From Lytechinus pictus (lineage: Eukaryota): a stretch of DNA of 64,000 bases. The notes beneath the pieces are model-generated. The model saw nothing but the letters and a program-made list of their open reading frames with translations, was not told the origin of the DNA and did no database searches. The position numbers and the translations under genes are program-made. Position 1 is the stretch's first letter; every line of letters begins with the position of its first letter. Of this stretch, positions 28,501 to 40,546 are shown in pieces. The DNA lies in assembly GCF_037042905.1 (NCBI RefSeq), contig NC_087252.1:11904001-11968000 (forward strand), in the 5' to 3' direction.

Positions 28501-29937
28501 AATAAACCTACTGCTCAAAAGGGATGTATAATCAGCGATAAACATAAAGTCATATCTTCATTTACCTCTTATAACTCGCAGAGAGGAAGCAGGGCCATTG
28601 TATGATATGACATTTATGTCATGTGCATCACAATATTTTCTGTTGTTACTTTGTCAGAATGGTATACACACAAACGAAAATAAATGGAACTGTTTTTTTT
28701 TTATTCCATAAAGAAAATACAAGCATTATTTGCTGTCTGACAATTGACTGTAGTTATAATTGTTAATGTTAAGATGATGCATGCATTTCACGTTGTATTT
28801 TATGTACTTTCGTTTGTCTTATCCCAATCAAATTTAATTGAATGTCGCCCATATCTGTCCAGCCTTCCTTATTACTTACCTGGGCTTAGTACTTCCAACT
28901 GTTCATACGCCGACCTTAATCCACTTTTGTTTAGAAAAGCGCATGTGTATCTCCCATTGTCACCAGTGGTCAAATTGATTATTGTAAGGGATGTGCTGCG
29001 GTCATCTCCCAATAACTTGTACTTTGTAGGATTAGAATTATTAGGTGTACATTCACTCGCAGTTGTGCACGATTCAGACGCAATTGGTGTTTCTTCGTGT
29101 TTCCACTTGACAGTGCGAAGATGCGAAGGAGGTGAATAGGTGCACTTCATCGTAAAATCTTGTCCTATGACGGGTAGGGACTGCCTTGGTTGAAAAGATA
29201 TCGTGGCGATAGACATGGTAGCGGGGGAGCCTGCAAATGAATTGGGTGGGAATATTGTCAGTTAGTGGTAATGATATACGTATTTCTAATTCATATCACT
29301 TCTCAAGAAGGGCATCCATTTTAGACTATCATGAGGTGCAAAGTTGCACCCTTCATGATATCTAACCCAAACGGGTGCAAAAATTGCACTCTTTCGAGTT
29401 TTGCTGCAGATAGATTTAATCATTTATTTTAGGCTTTTATACATAGCAACCAATCCGATTAATAATGAACAGTTTAGAAACTGGTATACGATTGGGCACT
29501 TTTCATTAAATCATATATATATTATTATATTGATCATATGTGTGTTCATCGCAATTTTTGTTTTTGCACCCTTTGTGAACCTGATAAACATATAACGGAT
29601 TTAATGCGTCATCCATACATGCCTAAGCCCATAAAGCGCACACTGAGACGAATTTAGACACCGCAATTAAGAATGAAAGAAAGCATTTTTATGATGAGAT
29701 AACTACTTACAGACATTTTTAATGTAGTGGGCAATAACCTTCCTTCATATTATCTTACAGTGTAACGGATGAAGTCTACGTGTAATATAGACTGTTGTCT
29801 TCATACATGTGGCCTGCTTACTAAAAAGGGAATTGGTGCGAGCCGGTATATAGATTCAGTGTTATCATTGATAGTAAATTCGACTTACCTTCACCGATGA
29901 ATAAAATACCAAGTAAGCACCAAATAGAGCACGCCAT
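25537..29937 (-). CDS. Unit E: IgSF SP-V-C2-C2-C2, no I or FN3 exon found; ~469 aa if the last donor is read through
   Basis: complement(join(29889..29937 MACSIWCLLGILFIGE, 28880..29230, 27629..27961, 26897..27238, 25578..25871)). Last donor is weak (GTCAGA); read-through stops at 25537-25539. Confidence 0.8.
26002..26756. mobile_element. PIF/Harbinger-type MITE in unit E intron 4
   Basis: Perfect 14-bp TIR AGCCCCAGTCACAT / ATGTGACTGGGGCT; TAA target duplication at 25999-26001 and 26757-26759; many internal CACGG motifs. Confidence 0.88.
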
Positions 29938-30721
29938 TTTAGACCAATCCAATAAACCTGGTCATAAAGAAACTTTTAATATTAAAATATAAGAGCGTTG
30001 TAGTAGGTGAGACAAGTTTCGTTTCTAGAAGACATCCTCAATGTGTCCCCAAATCATTGAACGAATATGATGCTACCACATTTCAAAGTACGAATAATTG
30101 TCTTTAGTTGTCAATGATCGAAAATGAAAGTACAATGTTATGTATGTGAATAATATTAAGTATATAATAGCATTTCAGTGATCTGGCAAGAGAGTGTGCT
30201 CTTTCTCCTATCCGATTTGAGGTTGAGACTTGATTTACCTACATGTACGAATAGCAAACAATGGACTGGGATAGCTTCCAGGTGACTGTCATGACACATA
30301 CTCTTCGGATTGGGCTCCAACACAAAATCAATCCCAGAAAACATACTGAACCTCAACGCATTTTGTGTGTTTAGAATTTATATTGATCCCAATCAACACC
30401 GTTAACTCTTTCATTAATTTTTTTTTCTCTCTCTCTCTTTAGCATTTTATCTTTCTTTTTTATTTTACCCAATTTTTTGTTTTAACTGTTTTTATGCTCA
30501 AGTTATCATAAAAAAAAAATTATATTGGGTGTGGGTGTGTGTGTGAAAATAAAATGAAATGAAACATTCTACTGTGGCCAATCGGGACTAAATACTACCA
30601 AAAAAAAACCTGAGTTGCAACCAATCTGACAAGTTGAGAATTACGGTAATACTAATCGCCCCGCCCCCCCCCCCCGCCCAAACTTCCATATGACTAATAA
30701 CACTGTCTGTCTATTAACTTA

Positions 30722-30895
30722 AGACCTTATGCATTGACTCCATTGGTCGTCGCCATCTTAGAGGCTGATGCTGCGTTTGCCTTCCATGCGTTGATATTCT
30801 ACAGCTGTTCCATCTCTGACAACTCCGTTTACGTGTATTCATATATTCTCTGAGGGTAGGCGCTATGAGATTGTGATGTCAAATGCATAAGGTCT
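30722..30895. mobile_element. Small MITE
   Basis: TIR AGACCTTATGCATT / AATGCATAAGGTCT enclosing ~175 bp. Confidence 0.6.
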
Positions 30896-32352
30896 ATTAT
30901 AACGATGCGACATAATCACCAATCCACCCCTACAGCCTAATGTACAACGACAACTATCGTAAGCTGGCTTGTGTGAAATCAAAATTTACTTGTGTGATAC
31001 ATGATTATATGCCGAATACATTCATAGGGATCCGCTTCCAATGTCCAATAATGTCAATGTCTTTAACATCTAATTGATTAAATATAAGTTTAAATGGATA
31101 ATCCAGTCGTCAATAAAATGCAACAAAGGGCTTGTTTGGAAGTTTCCTTAATTTTATCACTAAGCACTTTCCTAAGTTTCCCCCAAATTCCTTCACAGTC
31201 ATCAAAGTTGGTTTGTATCCAACTCTTATAAAATACCAGCGCTGTTTGTTTTGTTTATTAATGAATGGTCGGATTCTTTTGAGTAGGCACAGATTTTTAG
31301 TGATGTCTTGTTTGAGTTTTTCTTTTTGTCAACGTATAGTCATAATCTGTAGGTATTTAATTGGAGTTACTATATTTATTACATTGAGACTGTAAAAACA
31401 TTGGGTGCTTCTATCTTTTCAATCTGATGCCTATTTCGAACCAACAAAAACTAGCATTTATCTACAATCAACGTCAATATATTGTTTGCTATTCATTTGT
31501 CAGCTGCAGAAAGATCATCATCAAGATTGTTCACAAGTGTGTTCGCATTATTATTTTCTATGTATATTTTGAAAACCGTACTTAACGTTCTGTTATATGT
31601 TTTGACACATTATCGCGCAATCGCTTCATAGTATTGAGTCAAATGAACCCAGCCCATATACCACATCATACTAAAAATTATGGAACAGGTTTGATTTCAA
31701 TATTATTTATTTTTATTTAACTTTTTTTCTAATATATCAATCGAGCTTTGTGAGAAAGAAACATCGTGACATCACACCAATTATACATTTACAAAGTATA
31801 CATAGGCTACTGTTGAAATAAAGAGCCAATAATATTGTATAGTAAACACTGACAAGTACTTGGTACAGACCTGGTACATAAGGTTCCGTGCAAAGATGGT
31901 GAATAATAATCATGAAAGTATTATACTTCCAATCATTTTATTTATTGCAATGCTATGGGTACTCAGAAAACAGCAGAATGTGACACGTTTGATTTGAAAG
32001 ACATTCAAAGATTGTATCACAATGTATGGATTTGACTTGTATTGTTGTTAGTAAATTTGATGCAACCTTGAAATATGTTATTTTCTTGTAAAAAGGCGAT
32101 TCGAACGTAACACTTGTCACTATCTGCAAACCCACCTCCTTCATGTGCATAGTAATGCAGTGTAATAGGCACTGTCTGTGTAGGCATAAGGCAAATGACG
32201 AGGAAGACGGAGAATAAACATCAACTAGAAGGGATGTATTAAAAAAAAAAAACGAAAATAGTAAAATTACAAATAAAAAACAGCAAGTCACTTTCGATGG
32301 TTGACACTGAGCACTCATCTAAAAGATCGCGCACAGTGCGGACCATATCAAA

Positions 32353-32581
32353 AGGCCCAGTCACAAGCCTTGCGTAAGACTCGCGGGTAACTATTTTTGC
32401 TACCCGCAGGTCACACGCGTTGAGAGTATTTCCCGCGCAGCTCACACTCAGAAGCGCACACATGTCTGATTTGCACGCAGAAAAGTTTTGAACATGCTCA
32501 AAACATTTTGCGGGTGAGCTGCGGGCAATCACCCGCAAGGCTTGCACGGAAGTTGCTGCATGAAACGATGTGACAGACCCT
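32353..32581. mobile_element. Harbinger-like MITE
   Basis: Imperfect TIR AGGCCCAGTCACA / TGTGACAGACCCT followed by TAA; internal hairpin TTTTGAACATGCTCAAAA; GC-rich island in an AT-rich context. Confidence 0.65.
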
Positions 32582-33513
32582 TAAATAAACATCGCGGACA
32601 TTGTATTTCCACCCACACATTTAGTAATGTGCATTATTTGTATTGTATTGTTGCCCAGAGCATCAAACATTTACATATCTTCATTTCACTGATAGGATCA
32701 AAATCTTTCAAGAAAAGATTGAAACAAAGTAAAAAAAAGTCAAGAACACTGATTCGCTTATTTCATATCTACCGTAGATCAGCTGTGTATGCAGACTGCG
32801 TTCAAGAGAGTAACATACTGCACTACATGTTCAGAAATAAGTGATGTCTGTTTAGAGGCCATTAGCTCATTATTCGAAAAAATATATATATTCATCTTCT
32901 TTTTGAATGATGTGGAAGACACTTCTTCAATACTTTTAAAAACCTGTATTGCACCTTACCTTCACCTAGTTAAAAAAAAATATGGCAAGTTTAGACGACA
33001 AATTGTTTTAAGTTTTAAGGATTAGAAGCTTGACGTTGAGTGATATTTTGAAAATAATGTTTTGTGCTCTTTCGTAATAACATGGTAAATCAACAAGCAA
33101 ATAATGTGACGTTTGGCAGTAATCCGCATATACTCACAATACGCTCCGACTGACGATTTGTTTATCTTAATTACATTGCTTCATCCTTTTGTAAAACATC
33201 TTCATTATAATAATAGGAACGGGCCTTCATGTTATTTCTGTGAACAGTGATGTCATCAATTTTAATCATGCACTATATATATAAATATATATCAATACAA
33301 CTATTTATAGTTTTGTCGTATTCATGATCCTGACAATTATTTTTAGAATAATTGGTATTTAATAGATACATTTTAACATGATGTCACAAAATACAGATTG
33401 AACTATTTTCACATAAAACTGTTTCTCTTGTTTGTAGATAGATTTACTTCATTCCAGAAAAAAAAAAAGGATTTTTCCAACGATCCACAAGGATCTTCCA
33501 ACAGTTTTACAAT

Positions 33514-36500
33514 TTAACAGTGCATTCGAATCCTGTATTGGATCTGATGAAGGGCGCTGTTCTTGAGTTCAGTACCATTCGAGAACCACGTTATTGCGGC
33601 TTTTGGTCTACTATCTGATCTACATGTGAGAATGGCATCAACGCTGTCTTGAATATTAAATACCCGACGAATAGAGTAGTCCACAATGACAGGAGGATCT
33701 ACAAATTAAAGAAAATAAATGCAATTGGTTTGATAAAAGATCGTGGGGTCATCATATGCAGTCAAAGACGATATTTTGAAATAATCTTTCGGATACCACT
33801 TTTATAGGAATATACATTTTCCAAATTCTACGGCTATAATTAAGATGCATGAATAAAGACGACAACATTATCAATGCCATCCTTTTTACACGAGGCAGTT
33901 ATGCTTGTCCTTACATTCAATAGGGGTTTAGATTATTAGCTTTAAATAATTGACAAGTCTTGATATTTTATTAGGCCTAATTGGAATTGGATGTATAAGT
34001 GATGTAACATTCCTGATTATACGAAATGAAAACGAGGCAAGAACCTAATGTACTCATTGCCCCGCCCCCATCCCAGAATATAATGCAAACGCGAATAATG
34101 AAAATAACAATTACAAGTTCAAAAACAATTCTAAAATGAGTTGGTCAAGTTTTACGAATGAAACTTACAAAGAACATGAAGAACTGTATTAACACTCTGA
34201 GGCTTCATAGATGCATCGTTCGGTTGAGAAACCTGACAAACTATAGGTTTCCCATGATCATCCTTCATCGGGGCGAGTGTGAGAACACTTCTAGCATCAA
34301 ATCGATTATAAGTATTCAAGGTGGACTGTCTTTTAGAGGTGCTGGTGACGTTCTTTCTTCCAAGATACCACCGGAAGGTTGGTTCTGGGTAACCATTGTT
34401 TGCTGTACAAGTTACATTAGATGACACACCATCCTGTAAGCTTTGTGTTCCATCGAGTATAGGAGGATCAGGTGGTCCTGGGGAAATTGTTAGTATCAAA
34501 TACGTTCGGCAAGAACTGTGCATAATTCTTTATCTCATTTTTTTGTAAAGAAAGATAAAAGTAATAAGAAATCGAGAGCAAATTATGAAATGAAATTTGA
34601 TTAAATTACTTTAGATTATGATCGAAAGAAATCCGGAACGCTTAGCAATGCTTGCAGTATAATTTCTATTTTCCCAAAAATAACAATTATTATCTGAATA
34701 GAAAGCCATGCGTCCATGTTGGAGATGTATCAAAACGCCTTGCAAATGCTACCCAATTATAAAAAATGATACTGTCACAGGCTCTCCGATAAGTGTTGAC
34801 TAATAATGTGCACTAAATCTGTGCATTGCTTAAGACAATACCGATACCTACCGTTGACCAGGACCATTAATTCTGTATGACGTTGGTTAATACCAGCAGT
34901 GGCCACACACCGAAGATAATGATGGTGGTGACTCCTCTTTGGATTCAGCTGAAGCGAAGACTCTGTGTCGCGTAAGTTTTGGTCATCCTGGTTTGGTCTA
35001 GTCGTAGAGGCCGTCCTTCCGGGATCTCCATCTAATCCAACATACCATGATATTACTGCTGTCGGCCGAGATCCTAGACTTGTGCAGATGAATGATGTCA
35101 CTGTGTCTTCAGGGATAGTCACGCTTCTTGTTCCAGCCTTGGAGATCGTAATTTCATTAGATGTTGTAAGCAGTAGATCAGTAGGGGAAACTATAAATGG
35201 CACAAGAAAGGAAAATAGTTTTAACCCACTTGAAATCGCACACCGTAGGACTAAATTTCATTACTTTGTTTTCCCCTGAAATTTAGGGATGCATATGGAA
35301 AACGTTAATCTCTCTGTTTTTCTTGTTCATTTGTTTTACTTATATAATTCCTTTAGATTCATACAATGTCTGTGTTGCCGTGTTCTACCACTATTTTCGT
35401 TGAATGCTATTTGTATGTATTTTTAAAATAGTGTGGAATGGTAAGACAGCCATATACAACATGGACATTTTACGTTATGCTATGCTTCAAGATTTAGGCT
35501 TGTGGTAATACAGGGATACAAAGGAAAGGTGCAATTTCTACTTCTGGCAAAATAAATGTTTTACATTTTAGTTTGGCTGTACGAAGAGTGAAGTTGAGTG
35601 AAATACTATCGTACATTTCTAACATAAAGGCAGTCATCTGTCAATTGAAATGGATAATTTTTTTATGTAGTTAAACAATCTGGATGTTCTGTTTATATCC
35701 ACAATGTCAACACATAGTATTATCAAACGCAAAAGTGGATAGTGTGTGTGTGCGAGTGAGAGAGAGAGAGTGTGTATGTGGAGGTGTCGTGGCTGAGTGG
35801 TCTAAGGCGCCTGGCTGTACATCAAAAAAGTCCGGGGTTCAATCCACGGCCGCGGCAGCTATGTCCATGAGCAAGGCATTTAATCTACAACGTTCTTTTC
35901 TGCTTTCAAATAAATGGAAATGCTATATGCATTAATGGTAACTAGGTGTGAACTTGTTAAAAAAAAAAAAAAAAAAAAGATGTGTGTGTGTGTAAGGGTG
36001 TGTGTGTGTGTGTGCGTGTGTGGACCAAGAGAAAGCCCTTTGATGGTAATTGTACTCACCCTGCACTTTTACATAAACAGTTGAACTTAAATTGCGATCA
36101 AGCTCTCGATGTAAAGCAACACAAGTTAAAACCTTTCCATCATCGTGTCTTGACGGAGTTATAAAGATACCTCTTCGAGAAGTAAAGGCATCACCCTCAA
36201 CAGTGTTGAATTGATCCCCGAGACCAATATTTACTCCTCCAGGATTTCGCCACTCCAGTTCTGGAAGTGGTCTAGCACCTTGGACTGTACATGTTAGGTT
36301 GCAGGTTTGGCCAAGGGTAAGGGTAACTGATTCTCCATCAGTGTAGTCAGAGCGGTTGTCTGTAATTGACACCGAACTTGCTGCGACTGAATGTTAAAGA
36401 GAATATTCATGGAAATGTTAATCTAGATGTACAAATTCGTGTTCATTACCAAATAAAGTGTCACTTAATCAGAATTTTCGTTTAAAAATATTTTTTCTTT

Positions 36501-37169
36501 AAATTATTTTCAGTCGTGTTTCAAACTCTACATGCAATAATATGCAAGACTCAAAGCGCTTTATAACGATCCCACCTTCGACACCATTGTCGTGATAATT
36601 TATTCTAAATATTTCGATGGTTTGGGGAATATTACGTTGTTCTATTTCTTTGCTTTCTTTTGATCTATATATACGGATAGACCTATTATTTCTTTTAAAC
36701 TAATTTGCATTTTCAAGAAATCGGAAAATCAAATTAATTAAGAATATGTTGCACAATATTTACCTGGTGGCAGTACGTTCAGTTCAATTAAACTTGAAAA
36801 TGTATCAACATACGTGGCAACGAAGCAACGATATATGCCGCTATCATCTACCCCTAAACGACGTATTGTCAGGTTTCCACTTGAAGAATCAGACATTAGA
36901 CTGTACTTGGACTCATCTGAAATGTCTTTCTCGTGTGTAGGTTCTATTCCTTCACCTTTATCGCTGGTTGTGATCAGCCTATTGTTATCCACGTGCAGCC
37001 AATACAACGTTCGATGTCTGGATGGAGGTGTGAAGGCGCAAACAAGGGTTATATTCTCGCCAATAACCTGGATAATATCTGAGTTCTGCAGAAAGGTAGA
37101 CACATTCACGCCATATGCTTTAGAAACTGTGAAGATGATGAATACCATTATATGAACGGACAAATTCAT
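33514..37169 (-). CDS. Unit D: IgSF [SP+V]-C2-C2-C2-half I domain, ~521 aa, predicted secreted
   Basis: complement(join(36764..37169 leader and V in one exon with DSGIYRC, 36060..36386, 34852..35190, 34169..34477, 33514..33698 YPPVIVDYSIRR...ILTCRSDSRP...ITW...RMHC*)). GT-AG, phase 1. Confidence 0.85.
35780..35980 (+). mobile_element. tRNA-derived SINE
   Basis: Pol III A box TGGCTGAGTGG (35790-35800), B box GGTTCAATCC (35836-35845), non-tRNA body (GTCCATGAGCAAGGCATTTAATCTAC) and an A-rich end. Confidence 0.8.
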
Positions 37170-37331
37170 TCTGCTTCCCGTATATCGAGTCCAGATGTTT
37201 TATTACTGAATGTATCTAAACAATATACCACCTTCTGAGCTATCCCAAGACTTGAAATGAGCAGGAAGAGGTGTTTGCTTTCGATGAACTATAGACTGTC
37301 AAGCTATGGATTGACCCTTTTCAGTCACAGT

Positions 37332-37343
37332 GAAAATGAAAGC
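37332..37343 (+). promoter_or_regulatory. IRF-element-like motif GAAAATGAAAGC upstream of unit D
   Basis: Matches GAAANNGAAA; the same motif occurs at 54435 (A), 47939 (B) and 30120 (E) at comparable promoter positions. Confidence 0.5.
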
Positions 37344-37676
37344 AATTAAGCTTCATGCAAAAGACGAATAAATAATTGATTGCTCTTGCATTGATTGAAT
37401 TTCTATTCCATGATATTGTTTTAAAAGGTGCTCTAATCGGCAAATGCAATAAAGCAAGAATTTTAGGAAGTTGTCATTTGATACAATGACAGCCCTTACA
37501 TCTATCTTTTAAAAATCATTTTAACTTTCTCGTGTACAATGAATCGATTTTGTACTCGACAACATTAACAAAAATGATAGAAAGAATTTTAAATGATTTT
37601 AATTTGAAAGAAACGTATAAATTAACAATTGAAATGCATTAAAAAGCTATTAAAAATGATCAAATCATATATTATT

Positions 37677-40546
37677 TTAGTTATTAACCGGTTTTAATAC
37701 ATGTTGCCAGGCAACGAAGAGGGTTGAAGTTTTAGTCTGATTTCGGTCTACAAAGGGCCAAGAAGTTTGATTTGGGGTGGCTGAAATTTCAGGTAAAATG
37801 GGGAGGATTGTATAGTCACTGTGACAAGTTACAAAAACATAGAGGTAAAAAAAAAAATATTGGGACCAAAGCCAAATACAAATTGTTTTCGAGGGATGTC
37901 GAAATAGAGAAAAATACCTGTCAAAATCTGAATAAAGTAGAAATGAGAGTTGCACATTTTTGCTAATTTTTATGACATTCCATTTCACTATTCATTACTA
38001 AAGCAGTAGTTATTGATACTTACATGAAATGTTTAAAATTACGCTTGCATTTACTGAGGGTACCAAAGGTGCTGTAGTTTGAACTGCCTGGCAAAGAAGA
38101 CGTTTCCCATGGTCAAACCTACTTGGTATGAGGATCAGAGTGCTTTCAGCATCATATCGATGAGCGCTGTTGATGGATGTCCTCAGGGTTGATTTGCCTG
38201 TGACGTTTCTTGATCCGATGAACCAATGGATGACAGGAACAGGGTATACATTGAAAGCTATGCAGGTTATGTTGGTGTGTATACCGTCTTTGAGATCCTC
38301 TGGGATCATCATTTTAACATCTTCCAGTGGACCTTTAGGAAAACAAAGGAAATAGTGAAATACAAGATAGCCAATATTTGACGTAAAAATAAATTTGGTT
38401 ACCGACGAGCATAACCTTAACAGGTAATGTTAATAATAATGAGAATACAAAACGTACAAACCCTTTAACTCAAATGAAATGCCAACATGACTAGTGAAAT
38501 TCCCAGCACAAGGTGCTAACATGCCATTAGTTTTGACGATATTGACATGGGGTTATTTGATATGCATATTGAATAAACCCAAACAGGGTTTATTTATTAT
38601 AAAGAATGCATTCCCAATGCAGGTGCGGAAATCTATCCCAAAAGGTGGGGGAGTAAAATTTGACCAAAAAAAAAAGTTCATCATCCCAAAAGTTGGGTCA
38701 TCTCGTCCTAAAATACATGTTTTATTTCGATTTTGAATGATGAATTTTTACCATCATAAAAGACCAGAAATAGTAGGGGGACATTTGATATTGTGTCCCC
38801 CCTACTATTTTGAGTAGAGAGGCACGTCCTCCATGTCCCTCATTGGATTTCCGCCCATGTCCCAATGCAAGAACATATTTGCCTTGATATCAAATAGATC
38901 AGGAGTTCTCAAACTACGGCCCGCGGAGCTTCTTTATCCGGCCCGCTAGACTATGCTGTTTTTTTAATCACTTTTACATGTAAGTCCCAATATGAAATAT
39001 AGCTCAATATTACATGTATTAAATTGTATATCCATGAAACCGTAATAAAAGTAATGGCAGTCAAATTAATTTGATTTTAAGAAAAAAGTTTAGTGGGGTC
39101 TTTTCTGTCTGTTCTACTTTCTTATTAGATGACCAGCGCGGCGCTACATTGAAAAAGGGTAGTTTCACGTCAATTGTTGATAACACGTTGCATTTAAAAC
39201 ACGCACGTGCGCACACATTCCAACACGCGATCAATTTGGTTAAAGGTATTGTTTAACTTTGTGAGCAGCCGATTTAAAAAAATTATCAAACCAAGATGAA
39301 ACATGTGTACAAGTGCATGTATTAGAACTAATAAACCCTGAAAACAACCATTATTGAGAATGAAAAGCTAAAACTACAAGGCAAACCCCGATTTTGTAAA
39401 TAGGCGTCTTATAGACGCCTAAATAGTATACATAAGTGTATGGGATGAAATTAAGATGGTGTTTCCGGTCACTTTATATTTCAATTTTTGAAGCACTAAA
39501 TAATGATTTTCGAACGCAATTTTTTCTGGGCTTCATTTTTGAAACATATGACAGACACAGGTGACAAGTGTGACCTTCTAGCTCAGATTTTTAAAAAGTC
39601 AAACCAATGTTAACCAATCACTTTAAAACGTAAACTTCATCGCCGGTTCAGTTCTGCGGATTTTCACCGGGGTACATTAGTCATCATTAATTGTTAGCCA
39701 GGTCAAAATGGCATCAAATTCTGCAAAGGAAAGAAAGGTGGATGCTGAAAATTGTGTTTTCCATGAAGAATGGACAGACAAGTATCCATTCATTTTGCCG
39801 CAATCGAACACAGGCCATTGTGTTGGCCAATTTACTTTGACTACAAAACATATTGATAGACCTACTACAAAACATTATCTGTCTATTCAATTCTAGGTAT
39901 GTGTTAAAATTGGCATAGGTACATTTCTTTAAACAAAGTACTTAAATTTTGTTGTCATTACCATTGACTCTCGTTGTATTTTAAATCTTTTTTAAAATTT
40001 TGCTTGTGTTCCATATGAAACTGTTATGAATTTGTTTGATTAAATTCTCCCAATGTAAGGGCCAGATGGCACCACACAGCATCTAAGTATCCACTTCACC
40101 CTGGCCCTTTCAGGTTTATTTCGAGTCTCATATGGCTCTTCAAAGAAAAATGTTTGAAAACCCCTGAAATAAATGATCCAAGATACATCGTAACTCACCG
40201 TACACCATCAATCTGGCTACCGCTTGATCAACAAACTTGCCATCAATATATACGTTGCATTGAATGTACTTTCCATGGTCCTTCTTCCCTGGTAATATTG
40301 TGATGGAAGTTTTAGTGTCAACCAAATTATCATGTGAAACGACACTACGAGTCTTTGTGATTTTAAGAATGATAATGTTACCATTATAAAGATACCATTG
40401 TAATTCAGTCGCTGGGAATGTTCCAATTGCTTTACACGTGACTGAAGTAGGTGAATCTTCTTCGACGTTTATGCTTCTTGACCGAGTCCCATGAACCTCG
40501 TAGCCTTCATCGTGATGAATAAAGAGCATCATACTAGATGGTAGAA
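37677..40546 (-). CDS. Unit C: orphan 3' IgSF exons C2b-C2c-FN3 stub; no intact leader, V, C2a or I exon found
   Basis: complement(join(40199..40546, 38024..38332, 37677..37780 ...LFVAWQHVLKPVNN*)). Frames open, AG/GT sites intact, phase 1. Confidence 0.65.
38900..39810 (+). mobile_element. hAT (Charlie/SPIN-like) transposon 5' remnant
   Basis: Terminus CAGGAGTTCTCAAACTACGGCCCGCGG with repeated GGCCCGC; ORF at 39708 (MASNSAKERKVDAENCVFHEEWTDKYPF) resembles the N-terminus of Charlie/GTF2IRD2-type transposases; truncated. Confidence 0.75.
39244..39622. mobile_element. TTAA-target MITE (Kolobok-like) nested in the hAT remnant
   Basis: TTAA at 39240-39243 and 39623-39626; imperfect TIR AGGTATTGTTTAACTTTG / CAATGTTAACCAATCACT. 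Confidence 0.7.

Noticed and set aside
35780-35860. Possible tRNA gene
   Set aside because: A and B boxes are present but there is no convincing cloverleaf, and it continues into a SINE body.
37326-37332. CACAGTG heptamers (also ~9743 and ~14060) as RAG recombination signals
   Set aside because: No ACAAAAACC nonamer at 12/23 spacing was seen, and they do not flank V exons consistently.
11589-38355. Recurrent plus-strand ORFs over Ig exons (e.g. 12254, 16285, 20081, 22729, 28744, 34965, 36814)
   Set aside because: Antisense shadows of the minus-strand exons; their mutual similarity merely reflects paralogy.
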